The notes under the pieces: model-generated
Database searches by the model: none
What the model saw: the letters and a program-made list of their open reading frames with translations, nothing else
What the model was told of the DNA's origin: nothing
Part shown: positions 38,402-51,587 of the stretch, piece by piece
Position numbering within the stretch: position 1 is the stretch's first letter
Layout: each line of letters starts with the position of its first letter
From: Eledone cirrhosa
Taxonomy: Eukaryota
Reading direction: 5' to 3'
DNA length: 64,000 bases
NCBI GenBank assembly: GCA_964016885.1
Contig: OZ024744.1
Coordinates: forward strand, 99,138,001 to 99,202,000
Translations under genes and position numbers: made by a program

Positions 38402-39990
38402 ACCTACCAACCTACCTACCTACCAACTTATCAACCTACCTACCTACCTACCAACCTAACCTACCAACCTACCTACCAACCTAACCTACCAACCTACCTA
38501 CCTACCAACCTACCAACCTACCTACCTACCAACCTGCCAACTGACCTACCTACCGATCTACCCACCAACCACATACCTACCTATCAACACCCCTACCTAC
38601 CTACCAACTTATCAACCTACCTACCTACCAACCTAACCTACCAACCTACCTACCTACCTACCTACCTACCTACCTACCTACCTACCTACCTACCTACCAA
38701 CCTACCTACCAACCTGCCAACTGACCTACCTACCCACCAACCACATACCTACCTATCAACACCCCTATCTACCTACAAACTTACCAACCTATTTACCTAC
38801 CAACCTACCAACCAACAAACCTACCTACCTACCAACCTACCAACCTATCTACCTACCTATCTTCCAACCTACCTCCCTACAAACCTACCTACCAACCAAC
38901 TAACCTAACTACCTACCAACCTTTCTACCTACCTATCTACCTACCTACTAACCTATCTACCCACCTATCAACCCCTATACCTACCTACCAACCTCGCTAT
39001 CTACCAAACCTACCTATCAACACACCTACCAACCTACCAACAACCTCCCTATCTACCTACCTATCTATCCACCAACCACCTACCTATCTACCTACTTACT
39101 TCCCAACCTCCCAACCTACCTAATTACCATCCTACCTACCTACCTACCTACCTACCTACCTACCTACCTACCTACCTACCTACCTATCTACCTACCTACC
39201 TCCCAACCTCCCTAATTACCATCCTACCTACCTACCTATCTTCCTACCTACCAACCTACTAACCTACCTACCTACCTACCAACCAACCTACCTACCTTGC
39301 TACCTACCAACCAACCTACCTACCAATCTACTAACCTACCTACCTAACAACCTACCTACCTACCTACCTACCTACCTACCTACCTACCTACCTACCTACC
39401 TACCTACCTTGCTACCTACCAACCAACCTACTAACCTACCTACCTACCTTGCTACCTACCAACCTACCTACCTACCAACCTACCTACCTACCTACCAACC
39501 AACCTACCTACCTTTCTACCTACCTACCTACCTACCTACCAACCTACCTACCTTGTTACCTACCTACCTACCTACCTTGCTACCTACCAACCAACCTACC
39601 TACCAACCTACCTATCTACCAACCAACCTACTAACCTACCTACCTACCTACCAACCTACCTACCTTGTTACCTACCTACCTACCTACCTTGCTACCTACC
39701 AATCAACCTACCTACCAACCTACCTATCTACCAACCAACCTACCAACCAACCTACTAACCTACCTACCTACCTTGCTACCTACCTACCAACCTACCTACC
39801 AACTAACCTACCTACCTACCTTGCTACCTACCAACTAACCTACCTACCTACTAACCTACCTACCTAGCTACCTACCAACTAACCTACCTACCAACCTACC
39901 TATCTACCAACCAACCTACCAACCAACCTACTAACCTACCTACCAACCTACCAACCAACCTACCTACCAACCTACCTACCTACCTACCCA
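38402..39990. repeat. Degenerate (CCTA)n array
   Basis: Direct inspection. Confidence 0.95.
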
Positions 39991-40187
39991 CATACCGCCC
40001 TCCCAGTATCTTATTTCTTAACGTATCCGCGTGTTAGCACACGTTTACGAGGGCGTATGACACGTTTACGAGGGCGTATGACGATGATGTGGGTGGATCA
40101 ACCAGTTCAGACATTTGTGTGGCCGTATGTATATATATATATATTTATATATATGTATGTTTGGCTATTGAAGAGAAGACAGGCGAT

Positions 40188-40272
<85 letters not shown>

Positions 40273-40585
40273 TATGCGTGTATAGTGGCATTGTAAGCCT
40301 GGATACGAAGGAGAAACAGAGAAACGACGACGACAAAAATAGTTAAACGAGGAAGAAAGCGAAAGTAAGAAAGGATATGGATAAATAAATAGGATTCGTG
40401 CGTGCATGTATGTATGTGTGTGTGTGTGTGTGTGCGTGTGCGTGTCTGTTTTATGGTCTGTGTGCGTGCGTGTCCATTTTATGTGTATATGCGTGTCTGT
40501 GTGTGTGTATGCTTGTCCGTTTTATGTGTGTTTTGTATGCGTGTGCGCGTGTGTTTTATATGTATGCTTGTGTGTGCTTGTATGA

Positions 40586-40618
<33 letters not shown>

Positions 40619-40736
40619 TGTATGTATGTATGTATGTGAGTCTGTGTTTGCGGGTCTATTTATATCTCTGTGTAAGTAAGCTTATGTGTACGTTTGCATG
40701 TGTGTACGTCTGTGTATGTGTGTACATGCGTGTATC

Positions 40737-40776
<40 letters not shown>

Positions 40777-40992
40777 CGTGTGTGAAATTGCCTGTATCTG
40801 TGTGTATATGTGCGTGTGTGTATATGCGTGTATCTGTGTGTATGTGTGCGTGTGTGTATGTGCCTGTTTGTGTGCGTATGTGTATATGCGTGTGTCTGTG
40901 TGTATGTGCGCCTGTATCTGTGTGTATATGTGCGTGTGTGTGTATATGCGTGCATGTGTATATGATGCACGTGTATCTCATATACATGTGTG

Positions 40993-41042
<50 letters not shown>

Positions 41043-41301
41043 TGTCTGTATCTCTGTGTGAGTGTGTGTGTGTGTTTGAGGGAATGAATGGTGTGATGAG
41101 AAAAGGTGAAAGCACGAACAAATACGAGTAACAGGCGGCCGGAATAATATATCTGATTTTCCATTCGATATTTCGAGGATGGAAGAGAGAAGAGTATGTC
41201 AAGTAGATATAGAAAAATAAAATAATACATAACTAAAGCAATATATATATGTATGTTTATATGTTAATATATATATATATGTATGTTTATATATTTATAT
41301 T

Positions 41302-41343
<42 letters not shown>

Positions 41344-41383
41344 TACAAATATTAATAAAATAGATGTTCTTTTGATCAATTAC

Positions 41384-41436
41384 ATTTTATTATACATATT
41401 TCGGATGTACAACAGTACGTCCTCATCAGACAAAAT
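41384..41436 (-). ncRNA. Type I hammerhead
   Basis: Inverted copy of 41673-41725. Confidence 0.8.
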
Positions 41437-41440
41437 ATAA

Positions 41441-41555
41441 TTGTTTCTACTTTAGGCACAAGGCCATCAATTACCCAATGCATTACTGGTACTTTATTTT
41501 ATCGACCCCATAAGGATGAAAGGCAAAGTCAACCTCGGCGGGATTTGAACTCAGA
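41441..41555 (-). mobile_element. OK-like SINE, 5'-truncated
   Basis: Duplication tcagacaaaatataat at 41426-41441 and 41551-41566. Confidence 0.85.
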
Positions 41556-41672
41556 CAAAATATAATGATACATGACATACCCTGAGATGTTAAATGGTTA
41601 AGATTTAATCAAGATACTACCTTGATTAAATCTTAACCATTTAACATCTCAGGGTATGTCATGTATCATTAT

Positions 41673-41725
41673 ATTTTGTCTGATGAGGAAGTACTGTTGT
41701 ACATCCGAAATATGTATAATAAAAT
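41673..41725 (+). ncRNA. Type I hammerhead
   Basis: attttgt-CTGATGA-gga.gtac(tgtt)gtac.tcc-GAAA-tatgta-TA-ataaaat. Confidence 0.85.
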
Positions 41726-41864
41726 GTAATTGATCAAAAGAACATCTATTTTATTAATATTTGTATTTTAATATTAATAACTCTGGAAAATTATTTTTCG
41801 TAGAGTGCTTCCAATCTACTGTAAAACTTATTCTTTGACATACTCATTGAATATTGTTTAACTC

Positions 41865-41912
<48 letters not shown>

Positions 41913-41932
41913 AATGTATATATATGTATATA

Positions 41933-42004
<72 letters not shown>

Positions 42005-42029
42005 TATATATATGTGTGTAAATATATGT

Positions 42030-42063
<34 letters not shown>

Positions 42064-42086
42064 ACATATATATGTGTGTATATATG

Positions 42087-42127
<41 letters not shown>

Positions 42128-42145
42128 ATCTATATATATGTATAA

Positions 42146-42222
<77 letters not shown>

Positions 42223-43582
42223 TATATAGATATATATATATATAGATATATATATATATAAATAAAATACACGTGGGCGTAATAGTTAAGATGGGTGCTA
42301 CTGTAGTGGATCTCCCTCAGTTTCAACGATGATTGTTCCAATTGTTTGATCAATGGAACAACTTGCTCATGAAATTAACGTGTGAGTGGCTGAGCATTCA
42401 ACATACACTGCACCGTTAACGTAATTCTCAGGGAGATTCAGTGTGATACAGTCCGTCCATCCGACGGGCTTCCAAACAGTTTCCGTCTACACAGGTGTGG
42501 TGGTGGTGGTGGTGGTGGTGGTAGTGGTGGTGGGGTATCGAACCCTGGATCGAACCTAAAGGTTTTTGAAGCAAACTTCTTAACTGTTCGGCCATGTTGT
42601 GTCCACTTTGATTCTACTAGTGCAAACGAAATCTTATGAACAACTATACGCTGTAGAGCCACTTGGCGCTTGTTAATAATATCAATACTAGCCACCATTT
42701 ATGGCAATCTAGAATTATATAAATAGTTATTAACAAACAAAAGATTCCTACCATCTCCGAGGATAGGTCGATAATGAAAAGAAATAAGACAAATCCACCC
42801 GATAGCTAGTAATCAATAAACAGACAGGGTGATACCATTGCTGTGGATAAATTGTTATTCAATAGGGTTGTTGTTGTAGTTATTTTTAACACCAGGTCTG
42901 TCCTGACATGACAGACACGTGATTATAGGATGTCCAGCTAAGTGCTAAATCCACCCCATTTTGTCTATAAAAACTATATTATTCAATATGTCTTCCACTT
43001 TTATTTTTTTCATGGTGGTAGAGTATAATTTGAGGGATTTGGGCTGCTATTTCTAGCAGATCAAGCAGGCTCCATAGAAAATATTTGTAGGCATAGGTGT
43101 GTTGTGAAGAGAAACTCTAACATTACAAACTGGGCTGTTTACTGGAACAAGGATATTTATTCTTCTCACAGCATATAATACTTATTACTATTAACCTTCT
43201 CATTATTATATTTCCAATGAAAGAGACATTTTTTTTTTAATAATCAAGGATTTAAAAGGATTTAGTAATAAACTTTCTCATTAACTTTGCCTTTCATCCT
43301 TATGAGGTTGATAAAATAAAGTACCAGTAATGCACTGGGATAATTGCTGGCCTTGTGTCTAGTAGAAACAATTAATAAGCAGGTGATAGGAGTATAACTT
43401 AAAAAAAGGTTCTTACATAAAATTATAATAGATAACCACCACCCACTCACATCAACACTTCTCTGGTAATGGTACCTCAATAAAAATACACTCAACCCAC
43501 TAAAATGGTAACGCTGGTACCATGAAAAAAAGTACACAGTCTGCTCTGTAGGGCGATAGTGCCGGAGTCACAATAAAATGTT

Positions 43583-44455
43583 CCCAGTACACACTGTAAA
43601 GTGGCTGGTGTTAGGAAGGGCTTCCAGCCTTAAAAACCATGCTTGCAGTACACATTTTAAAGTGGCTGGTGTTAGGAAGGGCTCCCACCCTTAAAAACCA
43701 TGCTCCCAGTACACACTGTAAAGTGGTTGGTGTTAGGAAAATCATCCAGCCTTAAAAACCATACTTCCAGTACATGCTGTAAAGTGGTTGGTGTTAGGAA
43801 GGGCATCTAGCCTTAGAAATCATGCTCCCAGTACATGCTGTAAAGTGGTTGGTGTTAGGAAGGGTATCCAGCCATAGAAACCATACTCCCAGTACATGCT
43901 GTAAAGTGGCTGGTGTTAGGAAGGGCATCCAGCCATAGAAACCATACTCCCAGTACATGCTGTAAAGTGGTTGGTGTTAGGAAGGGCATCTAGCCTTAGA
44001 AATCATGCTCCAGTACATGCTGTAAAGTGGTTGGTGTTAGGAAAATCATCCAGCCTTAAAAACCATACTCCCAGTACATGCTGTAAAGTGGTTGGTGTTA
44101 GGAAGGGCATCTAGCCTTAGAAACCATACTTCCAGTACATGCTGTAAAGTGGTTGGTGTTAGGAAGGGCATCTAGCCTTAGAAATCATGCTCCAGTACAT
44201 GCTGTAAAGTGGTTGGTGTTAGGAAGGGCATCTAGCCTTAGAAATCATGCTCCCAGTACACTCTGTAAAGTGGTTGGTGTTAGGAAGGGCACTCTAAAAT
44301 AGTGTTGCTTAGGAAGGGAAGCCTTAAAACAGAGCTCCCAATAGATGTTGTAAAGTGGTTGGCATTAGGAAGGGTATCCAGCCAAAGAAACTATGCTCTC
44401 AGTACAAGCTGTAAATTGGTTGGTGTTAGGAAGGGCACCCAGCCATAGAAACCAA
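43583..44455 (+). repeat. ~61-bp tandem array from SINE/RTE tail (~14 copies)
   Basis: Unit cccagtacatgctgtaaagtggttggtgttaggaagggcatccagccatagaaaccatact. Confidence 0.9.
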
Positions 44456-44564
44456 GCCAAAACTAAGCCTTATAAGTAGGAGACCAGACAGACCTCAACA
44501 TGTGACAGATGTCTAACCCATGCAAGCATGGAAAATAAATGTTAAAAGGTGATGATGATAATGA

Positions 44565-45540
44565 TAAACACCAGCATCACTGCTAAAACCACCACCATCA
44601 TCATCACTGCTAAAACCACCACCACCACCACCACTACCACCATCACTATGACTGCTAACACCAACACCCCATCCCCACTCCACCACCATCACTGCCAACG
44701 CTAACACCATCACTGCCAACACCAACACTATAACCACCACCACTATCACCATGACCATCACAATCACCACCACCACCATAACCACCACCACCACCACACC
44801 ACCATCCTCACTACGACCATCACCACCACAACCACCACCACCACCACCACCACCACCACCATCCTCACTACGACCATCACCATCACTGTCACCACCACCA
44901 CCACCACACCACCATTCCCACTACGACCATCACCATCACTGTCACCACCATATCCACCACCACCACCACACCACCATTCCCACTACGACCATCACCATCA
45001 CTGTCATCACCATATTCATCAACACCACCACCAACACACTCCACCACCATCACCATCACTGTCACCACCACCACCACCACCACACCACCATCCCCACTAC
45101 AACCATCACCATCACTGTCACCACCACCACCACCACCACCACACCACCATCCCCACTATGACCATCACCATCACTGTCACCACCATATCCACCACCACCA
45201 CCACACCACCATCCCCACTACCACCATCGCCATCACTGTCACCACCATATCCACCACCAACACCACTCCACCATCCCCACTACGACCATCACCATCACTA
45301 TCACCACTACCACTACCAACACTCCTCCATCACCACTACGATGACGACCACCACCAATACCACACCACTATCACCATCACTATCACCACCACCACCACTC
45401 CACCATCACCACTACGACGACCACCACCACCAATACCACACCACCATCACCATCACTATCACCACCACTCCATCATCACCACCACCACCACCACCACCAA
45501 TACCATACCACCATCAACATCACTATCACCACCACCACTC
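44565..45540. repeat. (CAC/CAT)n degenerate trinucleotide repeat
   Basis: Direct inspection. Confidence 0.9.
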
Positions 45541-45682
45541 CAGAGTCAATGGGGTTTACCCTTTGACCTTGGGTTAGAGGAAGATGCTTCATCTGAGAAG
45601 CCAATGTTTGATGCTCTTTCACACAATATACATAACAGCCTATCTCTCTATCAATCAATCAATCAATCAATAGATCCCACTA

Positions 45683-47017
45683 TTTGAACAGATTCCCTTG
45701 ACTCTCTGTCACCATCTAATACTATTGTTAATCATATTTGGCAGGTCAGAGAGATTGCAGATTATGTCGTCACAAATTGAGCTTGATATACGTCTTGGCT
45801 TGTCATTGTCTGATAGCTCTTCCTTGTCTAGGTTCCCACAAAAAAACTGCTTGAACAGATTCCTTTGACTATGTTGCCATCTAATACTATTGTTAATCAT
45901 ATTTGGCAGCTCAGAGGGACTACAGTTTATGTCATCACAAATTGAGCTTGATATTGGTCTTGGCTTGCCATCCTCTTGTAGCTCTTCCTTGTGTAGATTT
46001 GAACAGCTTCCTTTGACTCACTGTTGCCATCCTATATATTCACCATATTCAGCAGCTCAGAGGGACTAAGTTTCTGTCATCACAAATTGAGCTTGATATT
46101 GGTCTTGGCTTGCCATCCTCTTATAGCTCTTCCTTGTGTAGATTTGAACAGCTTCCTTTGACTCGCTGTTGCCATCCTATATATTCACCATATTCAGCAG
46201 CTCAGAGGGACTGCCGTTTATGTCATCACAAATTGAGCTTGATATTGGTCTTGGCTTGCCATCCTCTTATAGCTCTTCCTTGTGTAGATTTGAACAGCTT
46301 CCTTTGACTCGCTGTTGCCATCCTATATATTCACCATATTCAGCAGCTCAGAGGGACTGCCGTTTATGTCATCACAAATTGAGCTTGATATTGGTCTTGG
46401 CTTGCCATCCTCTTGTAGCTCTTCCTTGTGTAGATTTGAACAGCTTCCTTTGACTCGCTGTTGCCATCCTATATATTCACCATATTCAGCAGCTCAGAGG
46501 GACTGCCGTTTATGTCATCACAAATTGAGCTTGATATTGGTCTTGGCTTGCCATCTTCTGATGGCTCTTCCTTGTGTAGATTTGAACAGCTTCCTTTGAC
46601 TCGCTGTTGCCATCCTATATATTCACCATATTCAGCAGCTCAGAGGGACTGCCGTTTATGTCATCACAAATTGAGCTTGATATTGGTCTTGGCTTGCCAT
46701 CTTCTGATGGCTCTTCCTTGTGTAGATTTGAACAGCTTCCTTTGACTCGCTGTTGCCATCCTATATATTCACCATATTCAGCAGCTCAGAGGGACTGCCG
46801 TTTATGTCATCACAAATTGAGCTTGATATTGGTCTTGGCTTGCCATCCTCTTGTAGCTCTTCCTTGTGTAGATTTGAACAGCTTCCTTTGACTCGCTGTT
46901 GCCATCCTATATATTCACCATATTCAGCAGCTCAGAGGGACTGCCGTTTATGTCATCACAAATTGAGCTTGATATTGGTCTTGGCTTGCCATCTTCTGAT
47001 GGCTCTTCCTTGTGTAG
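45683..47017 (-). repeat. 146-bp tandem array derived from a LINE 3' end
   Basis: Period 146 (ORF starts 46169, 46315, 46461, 46607, 46753, 46899); contiguous with the LINE fragment at 47018-47260. Confidence 0.9.
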
Positions 47018-47260
47018 GCTCCCACAAAAGAGCTGTACTAACGATGATTTTGTCTTTAGCTCTCCAGCTATTCTCTGCAAATCTGACTCTATGCTCTTCC
47101 ATGATGCCTGATACTGGATGAAGGTTCCCACACAGTCACTCATTGGTCAGATGATCTCTCCAAGTTACATTTAAAGCCACTCTTAGCCTGTGAGTGTAGG
47201 CTCTACCTAATCTTCTTTCCAGTTTTGGGGTAAGGGCCCATGCTGAGTAACCATATATTG
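47018..47260 (-). mobile_element. RTE/RTE-X-like LINE C-terminal fragment
   Basis: YGYSAWALTPKLERRLGRAYTHRLRVALNVTWRDHLTNE...LLWEPTQG; resumes at 48407-48570. Confidence 0.75.
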
Positions 47261-47435
47261 CATCTCTCAAAAACGATGACACAGGACTGAGATCTCTGGT
47301 GTTATGCAGTAATACAAAACACCCAAAATTCCATGGGCACAGGCTGAAGCTGAAGCACATATATATATAGTATACACCCCCCCCACCCCATATCCTCCCA
47401 TGAGAACAGGCTGAAGTATACATTTTGTGAAGTCT

Positions 47436-48268
47436 CCAGTCCACACTGTAAAGTGGTCATGTAGGTGTCATGACAAAAGGCACGCAGCCCACACTGTAAA
47501 GTGGTCATGTAGGTGTCATGACAAAAAGCACCCAGCCCACACTGTAAAGTGGCCATGTAGGTGTCATGACAAAAAGCACCCAGCCCACACTGTAAAGTGG
47601 TTGTGTAGGTGTCACAACAAAAAGCACCCAGTCCACACTGTAAAGTGGTCATGTAGGTGTCATGACAAAAAGTACCCAGTCCACACTGTAAAGTGGTCAT
47701 GTAGGTGTCATGACAAAAAACACCCAGTCCACATTGTAAAGTGGTCATTTATGTGTCATGACAAAAAGCACCCAGCCCACACTGTAAAGTGGCCATGTAG
47801 GTGTCATGACAAAAAGCACCCAGCCCACACTGTAAAGTGGTTGTGTAGGTGTCACAACAAAAAGCACCCAGTCCACACTGTAAAGTGGTCATGTAGGTGT
47901 CATGACAAAAAGTACCCAGTCCACACTGTAAAGTGGTCATGTAGGTGTCATGACAAAAAGCACCCAGTCCACATTGTAAAGTGGTCATTTATGTGTCATG
48001 ACAAAAAGCACCCAGTCCACACTGTAAAGTGGTCATGTAGGTGTCATGACAAAAAGCACCCAGTCCACACTGTAAAGTGGTTGTGTAGGTGTTATGATAA
48101 AAAGCACCCAGCCTACACTGTAAAGTAGTCATGTAGGTGTCATGACAAATAGCACCCAGTCCACACTGTAAAGTGGTCATGTAGGTGTCACAAAAAAAAA
48201 GCACTCAGTCCACACTGTAAACTAGTCATTTAGGTCACGACAAAAAGCACCCAGTTCTCACTGTAAAT
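47436..48268 (+). repeat. 48-bp tandem array (~17 copies, 240-bp higher-order repeat) inside an RTE 3' UTR fragment (about 47255-48406)
   Basis: Unit cacccagtccacactgtaaagtggtcatgtaggtgtcatgacaaaaag; 47521-47760 is about equal to 47761-48000. Confidence 0.9.
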
Positions 48269-49339
48269 ATTGTTGGTGTTAGGAAGGACATCCAACTGTA
48301 GAAACCATGCCAGAAACAGTTCTGTATGAGCAAGACATGGTCATCCGACCTGACATTGCTCACAACAAGACAACTCATCTAACCCATGTTAGCCTGGAAA
48401 AATGGACAGTCACTCATTGGTCAGACAATCTCTTCTAGTTACATTCAAAGCCACTCTTAGCATGTGAGTGTAGGCTCCATCTAATCTTCTTTCCAGTTCT
48501 GAGTTAAGGGTCCACACTGAGTAGACCTACAATAGAAGAGAGGAAACAGTTGCTTGAAAGAGGCCTCTACCTCTACCTCTATCCCTACATAAATAACAGC
48601 CTGTTTCTAAACAAACAAATTAGACAATATATCTATATATAAAAACATATAACATAACATACCACTACATAATAATATATCTCTACATAACAACTTATCT
48701 CTCTCTCTCTCTACCCCCTTTCTCTCTTTCTCTGCTCCCATTCTCTCTCTCCTCCCATTTCTCTCTCTTCTCCCATTTCTCTCTCTCCTCCCATTCTCTC
48801 TCCCCTCCCATTTTCTCTCTCACTCTCTACCCCTTTCTATCTCTATCTCTCCCTATTCTCTTTCTCTCTCTACCCCCTTTCTCTCTCTCTCCACCCCCTT
48901 CTCTCTCTACCCCCCTTTCTCTCCCTCTTCTCTCTACTCCCTTTCTCTCTCTACCCCCTCTCTCTCTCTACCCAACCCTCCCCCCTCTCTGTTATGTGAT
49001 GTCATTCAAATAAAATCATTTCTGCTTGCTTTTGTTTCGTAAAATTGCCAGGTTTTATTTTCCTCTACAAAGTTTAAAAGAACTTTAAATTTCTAGCGAT
49101 TAAAAAAAAAAAATTAGGTTGGCCTCTATTTCTATTTATGCCATCAATACTCTGAGAAATAGCATGGAATGTGTAAGTGTTGTTGTTAATGTTGTCATTG
49201 TTAGAAATATTGATATTTGTGGAAAAATATGTCACAAAGTATTTTTTTTTTTTTTGCAGAGTATGTAAATTAGTGCTTTTCTGTTGTTTTAATTATTTTT
49301 TTTCTCTTCAATGCTGTTTTCATCTTTTAATATATAAGA

Positions 49340-49881
49340 ATCAGCTGAAACGTTCATTGACTGACCAAGATACTCTCATGGCATGACCAAATGAGGTTTA
49401 TTTTTCAACATAGTCACTGGAAAGAAACAATGCAGTTATTAATAAGAAGAGTTGAAATTAATGCATGCTGGATTTCACAGCTCTAGCATCACTCCTTCAT
49501 AGGCTGACCAAGATACTCTCATGGCATGACCAAATGAGGTTTATTTTTCAACATAGTCCCTGGAAAGAAATAATACAGTTATTAATAAGTAGAAATGAAA
49601 TTAATTGTTTCTACTTTAGGCACAAGGCCAGCAATTACCCAGTGCATTACTGGTACTTTATTTTATCGACCCCGTAAGGATGAAAGGCAAAGTCAACCTC
49701 GGCGGGATTTGAACTCAGATCGTAAAGGGACGTAACTATGCTGGAAAGCATGGCGTCCGACCCTCTACCGATACTGCCAATACACCGCCCTGGAAAGTAG
49801 AAATGAAATTAATGCATCCAATATTTCACAGCTCTAGCATCACTCCTTCATAGTTAGCTTATGGACATTTCAGCCAACCCT

Positions 49882-49885
<4 letters not shown>
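49340..49885. mobile_element. Mariner-like MITE, partial tandem copy, with OK-like SINE (49604-49795, -)
   Basis: Homologous to 56494-56698; SINE TSD agtagaaatgaaattaat. Confidence 0.7.
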
Positions 49886-49928
<43 letters not shown>

Positions 49929-50165
49929 ATATATCATCATCATCATCGTTTAACGTCCATCTTCCACACTAGCTTGGACTGGACATTTTGTCCCACTTGA
50001 GGCGAGATTGGTTGGGAGACCGTGTCTTGCTTGTACAGAACTGTTTCTGGCAGGTTTTCTACGGCTGCATGTCCTTCCTAATGCCAACCCCATTTACAGT
50101 GTGGACTGGGAGCCTTTTCATGTGTCACCTACACGACCACTTTACTTTACATGTGTGTTTATATG

Positions 50166-50234
<69 letters not shown>

Positions 50235-50236
<2 letters not shown>

Positions 50237-50949
50237 AACGAAGCTTGCATGCTCCGCTGGATGTGTAACAGTAATATACGTGAACGGCAAAGCATAAACG
50301 AACTAAGGAAAAAATTAGAGATAAGAGGGATCAGATGTTGTTTACTCGAGAGAAGGCTGCGTTGGTATGGACACGTGATGCGCATGAAAGTCGATAGCTG
50401 TATTACAAAGTGCAGGGCAATAAAGATAGACGGTAGCCACGGAATAGGCAGACCTAGAAAAACATGGGATGAGCTGATAAACTCCGACCTCACACACTTA
50501 CACCTCTCCAAGACAATGTCACTGGACCGTGACCTTTGGCGGTACTCAGTAACAGAGAAGACCCGCCTTGCCAGTAGGCATCTCTAACAAAATACACCCC
50601 GTCCCGCCACCACCCCCACCCCATCCACACCACCCCGTTCTATGTAAAGTTATGTTGGTGCCGCGCCATCCAGGCCGAAACAAATGAGATCGTGTAGGTG
50701 TCACGACAAAAAAACACACAGTCCACGCTGTAATGTGGCCGTGTAGGCAACACGGTAAAAACCTCCCAGACCCACGCTGTAAATGTGGTTGGTGTTAGGA
50801 AGGGCATCCAACTGTAGAAAACCTGCCAGACAGTCCTATGCGAGCAAGACAATCACTCTTGCCTCAAGTGGGACTACCCCCGTCCAAACCCATGCAAGCG
50901 TGGAACACGGACGTTAAACGTTGATGATGATGATGATGATGATGATGAT
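50235..50949 (+). mobile_element. RTE LINE 3' fragment, very similar to the intact copy
   Basis: [10 protein letters not shown]...DLWRYSV, near identical to 12746-13086, plus UTR. Confidence 0.9.
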
Positions 50950-51109
50950 ATTGTTATACTTTGGGAGGGTTATGTTGCCAATAAGAAACACACGCACCAG
51001 TTGCTTTCACTTCAATTTATTATAATAAATCTATAAATTTAGGAATTTATAAATTTATAAATTTCTGGTTGGTTGGTTGGTTCCACAACCAGATAGTTGT
51101 TTATATATT

Positions 51110-51152
51110 GTCAAAGTTCTTTCGTCACACATTCTGTGACCTCTTCAGTGAC
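51110..51152 (-). ncRNA. Minimal hammerhead in pLTR-like copy 50950-51500
   Basis: gtca-CTGAAGA-g-gtcac(agaatgt)gtgac-GAAA-gaac-TT-tgac. Confidence 0.8.
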
Positions 51153-51512
51153 TGGGGATTCTTTTCTTTGTTTTTGTGCCTCTCCTTTGTTCTGTCCTAC
51201 GCCATTTTGTTTCTGTGTGTGTGTTGTGTGCTCAGTCTGCGCATGCGCCACATCCGGGTGTCTGTGTGTGTTTATATTTATTTATTTATTTGTTTATTTA
51301 CATGTTACCGGTTGGTTGTTTGTTCTATGTGTGTGTGTGTTTTCATTTTGTCCTTAATTATATACATAAAATGCAAAGGTAAGGTATTGTCTAGACACAT
51401 GTATCCAAACGATGTGTGTTTATAAGAATTATACAGGTGCAATGGTATAAGAATGCAATGGTATGAGAGAAAATATGTTATAAGATCGATTCTTACCATC
51501 CATAGACATATA

Positions 51513-51580
<68 letters not shown>

Positions 51581-51587
51581 TATATAA

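Larger units (their letters stand above)
41335..41868. mobile_element. Palindromic element with two opposite HHRs, left arm interrupted by a SINE
   Basis: Arms 41335-41613 (minus the SINE) and 41621-41774, 7-nt loop atactac, tail to about 41868, (TA)n flanks. Confidence 0.85.

Noticed and set aside
40050-40082. ~20-bp tandem duplication acacgtttacgagggcgtatg
   Set aside because: Two-copy local duplication with no further structure.
47427-48128. Cys/His repeat ORF resembling a zinc-finger protein
   Set aside because: In-frame translation of the 48-bp UTR-derived array; spacing is not C2H2.
43583-48268. CRISPR-like arrays
   Set aside because: Head-to-tail tandem units without unique spacers, traceable to LINE/SINE sequence in a eukaryotic context with no cas genes.
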